64,000 nucleotides of DNA from Oscillospiraceae bacterium (GTDB taxonomy: Bacteria; Bacillota; Clostridia; Oscillospirales; CAG-382), in assembly GCA_015064485.1 (NCBI GenBank), contig SVSD01000001.1, forward strand, positions 216,989-280,988, in the 5' to 3' direction. The notes beneath the pieces were generated by a model that was not told the DNA's origin, did no database searches, and was given only the letters and a program-made list of their open reading frames with translations. Shown one piece after another: positions 48,795 through 56,320 of the stretch. The stretch's first letter is position 1; each line of letters opens with the position of its first letter. Position numbers and translations under genes: made by a program.

Positions 48795-48830
48795 TTGCAA
48801 AAAAATTGCGGAGTAAAGACACTCCGCAAT
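48795..48830 (-). terminator. rpsR operon terminator
   Basis: 10-bp stem attgcggagt / actccgcaat, followed by TTTTTT on the minus strand. Confidence 0.85.
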
Positions 48831-48841
48831 GATTTTTTAAA

Positions 48842-49084
48842 TTAGTCGCTGATATAAGGAATTACAGCGATGTGACGAGCTCTCTTGATAGCCTCTGTGA
48901 GTTCTCTCTGATGCTTAGCGCAAGTACCTGTAATTCTTCTGGGAAGAATCTTGGATCTTTCGGAGAGATACTTATAGAGCTTAGAAGCGTCCTTGTAATC
49001 GATGAATTCAACTTTATCTGCGCAGAAGTTACAAACCTTTTTCTTCTTATGGTTTTTGAACTGTCTCTGTGTATCCTTTTCCAT
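48842..49084 (-). CDS. rpsR: 30S ribosomal protein S18
   Basis: [17 protein letters not shown]...[24 protein letters not shown]. Confidence 0.97.
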   Translation of the reverse strand: MEKDTQRQFKNHKKKKVCNFCADKVEFIDYKDASKLYKYLSERSKILPRRITGTCAKHQRELTEAIKRARHIAVIPYISD

Positions 49085-49123
49085 GATAACTACCTCCTAT
49101 AAAATTTTCATACCGTTCTTTTA

Positions 49124-49579
49124 TCAGAACGGAAGGTCATCGTCGGATGAAACCTCGACGAAAGAAGCATCGGGCACATTTGTACCCTCAGCGGGTCTTG
49201 CCGCAGGCGGCTCTCCATAAAAAGTACCTGTAGTTCTGGGCTGACTGTCTGTCTTATTTCCCACAAAAGATACTTCATCGGCAACAACCTCAACAGTATA
49301 GCGTTTCTGACCATTTTGATCTGTCCAGTTTCTGGACTGGATCGATCCGCAAACAAGAATCGGCTTTCCTTTTGTAAAATACTGTGTTATAAATTCAGCA
49401 GTTGTTCTCCAAGCAACGATATCAATAAAATCTGCCTGGGGAGCTTCGCCGTCACGGCCTGCGAATCTGCGTCCTACAGCAATTCTGAAAGAAGTAACGC
49501 TGACTCCGCTGGGTGTTTTCTTGAGCTCGGGATCTGCAACGAGATTGCCTATCAGAATGACTTTGTTAAAGCCTGCCAT
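49124..49579 (-). CDS. ssb: Single-stranded DNA-binding protein
   Basis: MAGFNKVILIGNLVADPELKKTPSGVSV, with an acidic tip ending DDDLPF. Confidence 0.97.
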   Translation of the reverse strand: MAGFNKVILIGNLVADPELKKTPSGVSVTSFRIAVGRRFAGRDGEAPQADFIDIVAWRTTAEFITQYFTKGKPILVCGSIQSRNWTDQNGQKRYTVEVVADEVSFVGNKTDSQPRTTGTFYGEPPAARPAEGTNVPDASFVEVSSDDDLPF

Positions 49580-49601
49580 TTGAAAAAACCACCTTTCGGA
49601 A

Positions 49602-49895
49602 TTACTTTTCGGGTCTTACGACAATGGAACGGAGAATACCGTCTGTGATGTTGTAAATACGGCAAAGTTCTGCGGGGAACGCAGGAGCAGCTGTAAAGTT
49701 TACAACAACATAGTAACCCTCGGTATAGTCATCGATGGGATAAGCAAGCTTTCTCTTGCCCCACTCATTGATGTTTTCGATTGTACCGTTCTGTGCAATG
49801 AGATCTGTGAACTTCTTGATGAGATTCTGTGTGTCTTCTTCGGAAAGTTCAGGATTCACTACAAAAACAGTTTCGTACTTGTTGATGATTTCCAT
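49602..49895 (-). CDS. rpsF: 30S ribosomal protein S6
   Basis: YETVFVVNPELSEE...GKRKLAYPI. Start set at ATG 49893-49895, 7 nt after AAGGAGGTG. Confidence 0.95.
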   Translation of the reverse strand: MEIINKYETVFVVNPELSEEDTQNLIKKFTDLIAQNGTIENINEWGKRKLAYPIDDYTEGYYVVVNFTAAPAFPAELCRIYNITDGILRSIVVRPEK

Positions 49896-49975
49896 TTTTT
49901 GCACCTCCTTTTGGACTTTAGCCTCCGAATCTTCGTTCGGAGAAAGGAGAAAGACTACTTTTCAGTCTTCCACAA
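49896..49975 (-). promoter_or_regulatory. Structured 5' leader of rpsF-ssb-rpsR (candidate S6:S18 autoregulatory leader)
   Basis: Two hairpins on the minus strand (agact-gaaaagt-agtct and ctccgaa-cgaaga-ttcggag) lie between the promoter and the RBS. Confidence 0.4.
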
Positions 49976-49981
49976 TTTAGT

Positions 49982-50010
49982 ATTATACACCGCTTTTTTC
50001 TGTTTGTCAA
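49982..50010 (-). promoter_or_regulatory. Consensus promoter of the rpsF operon
   Basis: The minus strand reads TTGACA-aacagaaaaaagcggtg(17)-TATAAT. Confidence 0.75.
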
Positions 50011-50050
50011 TACCTTTTTTACAGCTTTTTTATACTAAAAACTATCGGTT

Positions 50051-50464
50051 TTACGATATTTTTTGGTATATCATATAGCAGATCCAGTAAATCACAACTA
50101 AAACGCAAACACCTATAGCGATACATTTCGAAAGTTCGTGCATATTTAAAAAAGAAAGAATAATCACAACAAAGCTTGACAGCAACACATATATCGAAAA
50201 AGCTGTACTTTTTGCTCTATTCATAATCAGAATATTTCTTTCGTCGGTTTCTGTAATTTCTCGTTTTTTAATAGTTTCTTCGGTTCTTGTAATTATAAAG
50301 TAATTTCTGATGCGCACAATGCCCATCAAGAAAAGAGCAAATCCGAAAGATGAAATAAAATCATCGGTGTGTATAATAAATGATGATGCAGTCATTAATA
50401 AGCCGAGAACGGTATATGCGACAGCGATATAAAGTCTTTTCTTAAGCTTCTTTTTAAACTCCAT
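50051..50464 (-). CDS. Small four-TM membrane protein (DUF2178-like partner of an XRE regulator)
   Basis: Start trimmed to [13 protein letters not shown] (ATG 50462-50464). Four hydrophobic segments. Overlaps the upstream HTH gene by 11 nt. Confidence 0.6.
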   Translation of the reverse strand: MEFKKKLKKRLYIAVAYTVLGLLMTASSFIIHTDDFISSFGFALFLMGIVRIRNYFIITRTEETIKKREITETDERNILIMNRAKSTAFSIYVLLSSFVVIILSFLNMHELSKCIAIGVCVLVVIYWICYMIYQKIS

Positions 50465-50663
50465 ATTCATCCTCCTCAAAAATAAAAACTTCCTCGATTG
50501 TTTTGCCGAAATATTTCGATATTTTATAGGCAAGCTGCAAGGATGCATTGTACTTGCCGTTTTCAAGAGAAATTATTGTCTGGCGGGTTACCCCTACTGA
50601 CAAAGCAAGGTCGTCTTGTGTTACTTTGTTTTCTTTTCTAAGTTCTTTAATTTTGTTATTCAA
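50454..50663 (-). CDS. XRE-family HTH regulator (YozG-like short type)
   Basis: [59 protein letters not shown]. The likely start is TTG at 50661-50663, after AGAGGTGA. Confidence 0.8.
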   Translation of the reverse strand: MNNKIKELRKENKVTQDDLALSVGVTRQTIISLENGKYNASLQLAYKISKYFGKTIEEVFIFEEDEYGV

Positions 50664-50676
50664 AAAATCACCTCTC

Positions 50677-50702
50677 AAATTGTAAAGTTGACTTTACAAT
50701 TT
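50677..50702. promoter_or_regulatory. Perfect 26-bp palindrome abutting the RBS of the XRE gene (candidate auto-operator)
   Basis: AAATTGTAAAGT-tg-ACTTTACAATTT. Confidence 0.55.
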
Positions 50703-50806
50703 GATTATATCATAAATCTGTCAAAAATGTCAAGTCTGTTTTACATTTTTTGATTGATCAAAAAAGAAAAAGGCACATTCCCCCGTATTTTTCGGAATCT
50801 GCCTTT

Positions 50807-51523
50807 TCATACTATCATTTCTTTTCTGAGTTTTTCGATTATCTTTTTTTCACGCCTTGAAACCTTGACCTGCGTAAGACCCAGCTGTTTTGCGCTTTCG
50901 CTTTGGGTAAGACCTCTGTAATATCTTAAATAAATAAGTTTCTGTTCGTCTTTCGGCAGATTTTTCAAAGCTTCGGAAAGGGCAAGCTTGTCCGTTAGCT
51001 CCTGACTGTTGTCGACTCCTATAAGCTCCTCAAAGCTTGACGAATCATCGTCTCCTAATTTTTCCTGCAAAGACAAAGCGGGAGTCATAGCTTCTATTGC
51101 ACTTACTGCATCTTCATAAGACATACCGCAAATACTGCAAAGCTCGGATATTTTGGGCTCTCTTCCGTGTTTTGCGGCAAACTCCTCGCCGGCACGGTAA
51201 AGAATATATCCTCTGCGCTTTATATCGCGGCTTACCTTTATAAGTCCATCATCTCTCAAAAACCTTTTAAGTTCCCCGGACACCATATGCACCGCATATG
51301 TGGAAAAAGCCGTTCCGAAGTTTTCGTCAAACCCCCTTACCGCCTTCATCATACCGATAGTTCCTATCTGTATGAGATCCTCAGGTTCCTGACCTCTGCC
51401 CTGAAAACGCATAGCTATACTTTTTATAAGCCCCGCATTTTCACAAAGAAGCGTTTCAAGAGCGTCGCGATCTCCCTCTTTTGCAAGGCGGCAAAGACTG
51501 ATGTTTCTTGAATTGTCGTACAT
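50807..51523 (-). CDS. sigF: Sporulation sigma factor SigF
   Basis: Group-3 sigma with region 2 DLIQIGTIGMMKAVRGFD and region 4 GLTQSESAKQLGLTQVKVSRREKK. It is third in a spoIIAA-spoIIAB-sigF arrangement. Confidence 0.9.
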   Translation of the reverse strand: MYDNSRNISLCRLAKEGDRDALETLLCENAGLIKSIAMRFQGRGQEPEDLIQIGTIGMMKAVRGFDENFGTAFSTYAVHMVSGELKRFLRDDGLIKVSRDIKRRGYILYRAGEEFAAKHGREPKISELCSICGMSYEDAVSAIEAMTPALSLQEKLGDDDSSSFEELIGVDNSQELTDKLALSEALKNLPKDEQKLIYLRYYRGLTQSESAKQLGLTQVKVSRREKKIIEKLRKEMIV

Positions 51524-51524
51524 A

Positions 51525-51995
51525 CTATCTGCTCTTTTCCGAAAGGGTCTTCTTGAAGTTAAGCTTTTTTGTCATAGTAACTTTTGTTCCTTTGCCGTTT
51601 TTCGAGGAAACCTTGAGCTTATCGGTAAAGCTTTCCATTATAGCAAAGCCCATCCCGCTTCGTTCTCCCGCCGCATCTGTTGTAAAAAGCGGTTCCATCG
51701 CCTGTTTTATGTCTTCGATCCCGCAGCCTCTGTCTTTTATGGTTACGGTAAAATTGCCTTCGTCGTCATAAAATGCTTCTATGTATATCTTTTTCTTTTT
51801 TTCGTCGGTTTCATATCTGTATGCATGAACGATACAGTTTGTAACCGCCTCGGAAACCGCGGTCTTTATATCCGCTATCTCCTCAACGGTCGGATCAAGC
51901 TGGGCGGCAAACGCCGACACAATGACCCTTGAATATGCTTCGTTCACCGACGAAGCATAGAGGATTGTCTTGAAATAGTTTTGCGTGTTTTTCAT
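51525..51995 (-). CDS. spoIIAB: Anti-sigma F factor (serine kinase SpoIIAB)
   Basis: AVSEAVTNCIVHAY...DRGCGIEDI...ERSGMGFAIM (GHKL ATPase). Start trimmed to MKNTQNY (ATG 51993-51995). Confidence 0.9.
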   Translation of the reverse strand: MKNTQNYFKTILYASSVNEAYSRVIVSAFAAQLDPTVEEIADIKTAVSEAVTNCIVHAYRYETDEKKKKIYIEAFYDDEGNFTVTIKDRGCGIEDIKQAMEPLFTTDAAGERSGMGFAIMESFTDKLKVSSKNGKGTKVTMTKKLNFKKTLSEKSR

Positions 51996-52020
51996 TTTTA
52001 TATCCTTTCGCTTTGATTTG

Positions 52021-52347
52021 TTACGCGCTGTGATCATCTGAACGGATTATTTTTATAAGCTTGTCCGCTCCTGCCATTTTCAGCATTTCTTCTGTTCTTT
52101 TTGTAGGATCAAGAATCAGCATTTTTCCCTTTATGTCATTCATTTTTCTAAGCCTTCCCAAAACAAAACCCAGCCCCGAAGAATCCATAAAATCGATCGA
52201 TGAAAGATCCATTATAAGCGTTGAGGGCCGGTTTAAGATGATAAGCTCGTCAACTTTTGTTCTTGTATCCTTTACGGCGTGATGATCCACATCTCCGCCA
52301 AGCTTCAAATACAGCTTGTCCTTTTCGTTCCATACGGTAAGATCCAT
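52021..52347 (-). CDS. spoIIAA: Anti-anti-sigma factor SpoIIAA (STAS domain)
   Basis: DLSSIDFMDSSGLGFVLGRLRK, containing the phosphorylatable Ser context DSSGLG. Confidence 0.9.
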   Translation of the reverse strand: MDLTVWNEKDKLYLKLGGDVDHHAVKDTRTKVDELIILNRPSTLIMDLSSIDFMDSSGLGFVLGRLRKMNDIKGKMLILDPTKRTEEMLKMAGADKLIKIIRSDDHSA

Positions 52348-52413
52348 TTCTGCCTCCGTTTGTATCTTATATAAATATTCGTCTGTCGGTGTTTTTATTA
52401 TAGCTGTAAGAGT

Positions 52414-52440
52414 TTGAAAAAACCGTCAGAATACGGTGTC
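52414..52440 (-). terminator. Weak terminator after the ger operon
   Basis: accgt-cagaat-acggt, followed by TTTTTT on the minus strand. Confidence 0.45.
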
Positions 52441-52443
52441 TTT

Positions 52444-53550
52444 TTAAGCCTTTTTAAAAAGATTACGATATCTTTTTGCCGCAAAAAGTCTTTTTTTGAT
52501 TATCCTTAAAATTCCCTGCAACAATATGACGGCAAAAATCAAAGCAATTGCCGCAGGGCAAAGATATATAAAGGAGATCTTTTCTTCAAAAATGAAGGAT
52601 AAAGTATATGAAATGATGCAAAATGCGGCAGTTACAATATATCCCGCACGCACATATGAGATTTCCTTTAAGCCGAATTTCTTTAATATCTTTTCAAAGT
52701 ATTTACGGGCACATGTGCAGAAAAGACTTATTTTCAACATATACGCCGTATAGTACGAAACAAGATAAATTTCCTGTATATTCATAAAGGGAACTTGTGA
52801 AAGCATCGTTCTGTCGGGACGGTTGATAAACTCAAGTCCGCTTTTTCCAAACCATACAATATACTTTGCATATTCAAGAACACAAAATACCGCCATAAAT
52901 ATAAACGCCCATAAAAAATCAGAAAGCTTTGATTTACCGGGTCCTTTACCGTTTTCGTTTGTCAAAGGAAAAAGAAGAAGAACCCCGCCGAAAGAAGATA
53001 GCGGATAAACGATATATTTTATATCAAAAATAAAAGCTTCTCCCCTCAAAAGCTCTTTTGTATCCATTCCTTGTCCGATAAAATCAAATGCTGTAATTAC
53101 ATACGGCAAAAGGAGTAACGGCAAAAGCAAAAAGTATATTCTTGAGATAGATATGGCATCTCTTTTTCCCATATAAAGGGCAAGAAATAAAGAAAGCACA
53201 GCAAAAAGAGAAGAAAATCTCCCTCCTTCAAATTCCCCCGATATTATTGCTTGTGTTTTTGAAAGCTCGACGGTAAAGGCGGTATAAAGGAAAATGCACG
53301 AAAGAAAAGCAAAAAACCAAAAGATTACAAAATAAACCGGGGTTTTTACTGCTCCCTTTAAGGATACAGAATATTTAAAAACCTTATCACATACGAGCAC
53401 AGCAAGAAAGACAAGTGCAAGTGTCAAAAGGGTAATTGCCGCCGCCGAAAAGACATTTTGTGTTTCGGTATAAAGCCCCCAAAACGACAAGCCGGAAAGA
53501 AGAACCGAAAAAGAAACGGCATTTTTGCGAAGCAAGACATCAATATTCAT
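52444..53550 (-). CDS. Spore germination receptor B-subunit-like polytopic membrane protein (GerAB/APC-like)
   Basis: About 10 hydrophobic segments, and it is the last gene of an operon headed by a GerAA-type gene. Family assignment rests on context and topology. Confidence 0.55.
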   Translation of the reverse strand: MNIDVLLRKNAVSFSVLLSGLSFWGLYTETQNVFSAAAITLLTLALVFLAVLVCDKVFKYSVSLKGAVKTPVYFVIFWFFAFLSCIFLYTAFTVELSKTQAIISGEFEGGRFSSLFAVLSLFLALYMGKRDAISISRIYFLLLPLLLLPYVITAFDFIGQGMDTKELLRGEAFIFDIKYIVYPLSSFGGVLLLFPLTNENGKGPGKSKLSDFLWAFIFMAVFCVLEYAKYIVWFGKSGLEFINRPDRTMLSQVPFMNIQEIYLVSYYTAYMLKISLFCTCARKYFEKILKKFGLKEISYVRAGYIVTAAFCIISYTLSFIFEEKISFIYLCPAAIALIFAVILLQGILRIIKKRLFAAKRYRNLFKKA

Positions 53551-54001
53551 TTTTTTCCTCCGTTATTTTTCTGTAATACTCGGCAAAAGGGATACCTTTC
53601 GCTTTCTCATCATAAAATCCGTTTTCATCAGCCTCAAAAACTTCGCATTTCAGCTGCAGCTCGCTTCTGTTTATATACGCCTTTGCGATTTCAGGGTTAT
53701 ATTTGCTGTCCTTTTTAAGAATAAGCTTTTTCACAGGCTTAAACATCGCGTCTTTTTCGGTTTTTATCATTTCATCTATAGCATCCTGTGCCGTTTTTCC
53801 GACATATGATTTTTTTATATTCTTTTCCTGAGTCATTGTTTCATCCCCCGACTGAGTGTAAATTGCCGATATTTCAAAGCCGTCGGGGTAACCGTTTATA
53901 AAAAGTGTTTCGCATATAAGCGGTTTTTTGTCATTTTCTGCAGTGCATGAACATATTGGCAAGAAAGCTACAAACAAAAAAATCAAAAGCGTTTTTTTCA
54001 T
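53540..54001 (-). CDS. Small lipoprotein in the GerxC position (153 aa)
   Basis: Lipobox FLPICSC. It lies between the A- and B-type subunit genes and is much shorter than canonical Ger(x)C proteins. Confidence 0.5.
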   Translation of the reverse strand: MKKTLLIFLFVAFLPICSCTAENDKKPLICETLFINGYPDGFEISAIYTQSGDETMTQEKNIKKSYVGKTAQDAIDEMIKTEKDAMFKPVKKLILKKDSKYNPEIAKAYINRSELQLKCEVFEADENGFYDEKAKGIPFAEYYRKITEEKNEY

Positions 54002-54002
54002 A

Positions 54003-55415
54003 TCATCTTACCTCCGTTTCGTTTTGAGTTCCTGACAGGGCTATATCGGGAATTACAACAACACTGTCATATAAACCTTTTATCTTTAACGGTGTAAACG
54101 GGGAAAGGTAGGGCTTTCCGCAGGAAGTTTTTACTGCAAGACAGCTTAATGTGACTATCAGGAAGAAGGTTACTCCGAAAAGTCCGAATGTCCTTCCGAA
54201 AACAAGGCACAAAAGCCTTAAAAGCGGCAAAGAGTTCATCATCGGAACGGCAATAAAGCTGCAGGTTGCGGAAATTGCCGCCACCATAATAACGGGGGCA
54301 CTTGCAATCCCCGCCTTTATTGCTGCATCGCCGAGAATTATTCCCGCGACGATCGATACAGCATCCCCGACTGCCCTTGGCATTCTTACGCCGACTTCCC
54401 TTATTATTTCAAAAACGACAAGAATCACGGCAATTTCCGTAAAGAGTGTAAACGGTATGTCGTTTCTTGATTCCGACACCGTCATATAAAGGGTATGCGG
54501 AAGCGCCGCTGTGTCAAACTCCATAAGAGCAATATATATTCCGGGCAAAAACACTGCAACAAATGTACCGATAAGTCTTATGATACGCAAGAATGTGGCG
54601 TGATAAGGCGATTTCAGATAGTCCTCCGCCGACTGCAGGCTTTCGATGAAAAAATACGGTAGAGTAAGAACCACAGGGCTTCCGTCGCAAATAACAGCAA
54701 CCCTGCCTCCCAAAAGCTTTGCGGCAACCTTGTCGGGTTTTTCGGAATTTCCCACATCCGGAAAAAGCGGGTAACGGCTGTCACCTAAAGTATGCTCGAT
54801 ATATCCCGAATCAATAACTCCCGAAAGATTTATTTTTGACAGTCGCTTTTTTATTCTTTCAACACTTTCTTTATCGGCAACTCCCTTTATATAAACGATA
54901 TATATATCGGTAGGCGATATGTTTCCGCAGGAGGCTTTCTCAACGCAGAGCTTTTCGGTTTTTATTCTTTTTCTCAAAAGAGCCACATTCACTTCAGCGT
55001 TTTCAACAAACCCTTCTCTCGGACCTCGTACAACAGTTTCACCGTCGGGCTCTGCAATGCTTCTGTTGATCGCACTTCTGGCATCGCTCGTATAAATAAA
55101 AAGCTTGCCTTCGTTTTCAAAAAACAAAACGGCACATCCGCCAAGAACAGCCTTCTTTGCGTCTTCTTTTCCGCTCAATGCCATAAGCTTCGAGGCGGTC
55201 ATCGATGACACAAGGTATTTTTTGTCCTCCGCAAGCAAAAGCGGCTGTAAAAAAGCTTCGGATATATATGTCTTGTCACAATAAACAATAAAAGATGCGG
55301 TATAAACAGTAACACCGCAAGGAAGAAGTGTTTCTCTCAAAGCAAAATCACAGCTTTCCGAAAAACATTCGGAAAGCTCTCTTGCAAGTTCTTCTGCAGA
55401 TATATCTTTTTTCAT
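54003..55415 (-). CDS. Spore germination protein, GerA (A-subunit) family
   Basis: Soluble N-terminal domain plus a C-terminal membrane domain with PFTLFTEIAVILVVFEIIREVGVRMPRAVGDAVSIVAGIILGDAAIKAG, typical of GerAA/SpoVAF-like proteins. Confidence 0.85.
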   Translation of the reverse strand: MKKDISAEELARELSECFSESCDFALRETLLPCGVTVYTASFIVYCDKTYISEAFLQPLLLAEDKKYLVSSMTASKLMALSGKEDAKKAVLGGCAVLFFENEGKLFIYTSDARSAINRSIAEPDGETVVRGPREGFVENAEVNVALLRKRIKTEKLCVEKASCGNISPTDIYIVYIKGVADKESVERIKKRLSKINLSGVIDSGYIEHTLGDSRYPLFPDVGNSEKPDKVAAKLLGGRVAVICDGSPVVLTLPYFFIESLQSAEDYLKSPYHATFLRIIRLIGTFVAVFLPGIYIALMEFDTAALPHTLYMTVSESRNDIPFTLFTEIAVILVVFEIIREVGVRMPRAVGDAVSIVAGIILGDAAIKAGIASAPVIMVAAISATCSFIAVPMMNSLPLLRLLCLVFGRTFGLFGVTFFLIVTLSCLAVKTSCGKPYLSPFTPLKIKGLYDSVVVIPDIALSGTQNETEVR

Positions 55416-55516
55416 TTTTAATTCCTTTTAACAGATTTTTGTTATTATTTTCCCCTTGCAGAAAATTTTTATACCGAAATAAAAAATACCCATACTTCGA
55501 ATTTACGAAGTATGGG

Positions 55517-55550
55517 TAAAAAAGGGAGAACCACCAAACGGGGTTCTCCC
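55517..55550 (-). terminator. Terminator after jag
   Basis: gggagaacc / ggttctccc stem, followed by TTTTTT on the minus strand. Confidence 0.8.
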
Positions 55551-55566
55551 TGAATATCTAAAATGA

Positions 55567-56256
55567 TTATTCGTCGTCTTCGCCGTAAGCGATAACTACT
55601 CTTCTGTCTGCGTCAGCACCGATGGAATATGTGTGTACGCCCTTAATATTCTGAATTTCAGAATGGATGATGCGGCGCTCATACGCTGCCATAGGTTCGA
55701 GTGTCATATTTCTGCGGTAGTTTAACGCTTTTGATGCCATACGGCGTGCAAGTTCTTTAAGCTTTTCTTCGCGCTTTGCACGGTAGTTTTCAGCATCGAT
55801 CGAAACCTTGATATACTGATGTCCTGTTTCTTCCTTGGGGAATTTGCTTGCAGCGAGGTTTGCAAGATACTGGATAGAATCAAGAACATCGCCGTGATGT
55901 CCGATAAGAATACCGAGGCCTCTGCCGTCGCCTTCACCGAGAGCTGTGATCTCAACTGCGATATTCTTTTCAACGATGCTCTTTCCCTCGGGGATGCTTT
56001 CGTTTACATCAACGATTTTTGCTTCAGCGTTAACGCCCATATTACGGATAAGCGTGTTGAGGAAGTTGAGTGTGAGCTCTTCCGCTGTGTCCTTTGACAA
56101 AACCTTTACCTTCGCATCAACCGCACCGATTCCGAAAAGACCTTTTTTGGGTTCTTCCAGAACTTCGTATGTCACAGCAGAAACATCTCTGCCGAGTTTT
56201 TCAGCGCCGAGAGCTACTGCTGCATCTATTGTTTTTGCAGATACTATGATTTCCAT
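55567..56256 (-). CDS. jag: Jag/KhpB RNA-binding protein (Jag_N + KH + R3H)
   Basis: GLFGIG..AKVKV; LIGHHGDVLDSIQYL (KH); MTLEPMAAYERRIIHSEIQ (R3H). Confidence 0.9.
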   Translation of the reverse strand: MEIIVSAKTIDAAVALGAEKLGRDVSAVTYEVLEEPKKGLFGIGAVDAKVKVLSKDTAEELTLNFLNTLIRNMGVNAEAKIVDVNESIPEGKSIVEKNIAVEITALGEGDGRGLGILIGHHGDVLDSIQYLANLAASKFPKEETGHQYIKVSIDAENYRAKREEKLKELARRMASKALNYRRNMTLEPMAAYERRIIHSEIQNIKGVHTYSIGADADRRVVIAYGEDDE

Positions 56257-56320
56257 TGTAAAATTTCTCCTTCAATTTTGCCGCACCCTTGCGGCATATT
56301 TAAAAATTATAATGTCGCAA

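Noticed and set aside
48378-48841. The long (about 460 bp) AT-rich region upstream of rny, with the 68-aa ORF 48470..48676 and a hairpin ccccttg-tgt-caaggg at about 48665-48685.
   Set aside because: The ORF has no RBS and an odd composition, and I could not define a promoter/terminator pair or a conserved motif. It is probably the rny promoter and leader. It is worth including in an Rfam scan, but there is not enough evidence to call a feature.
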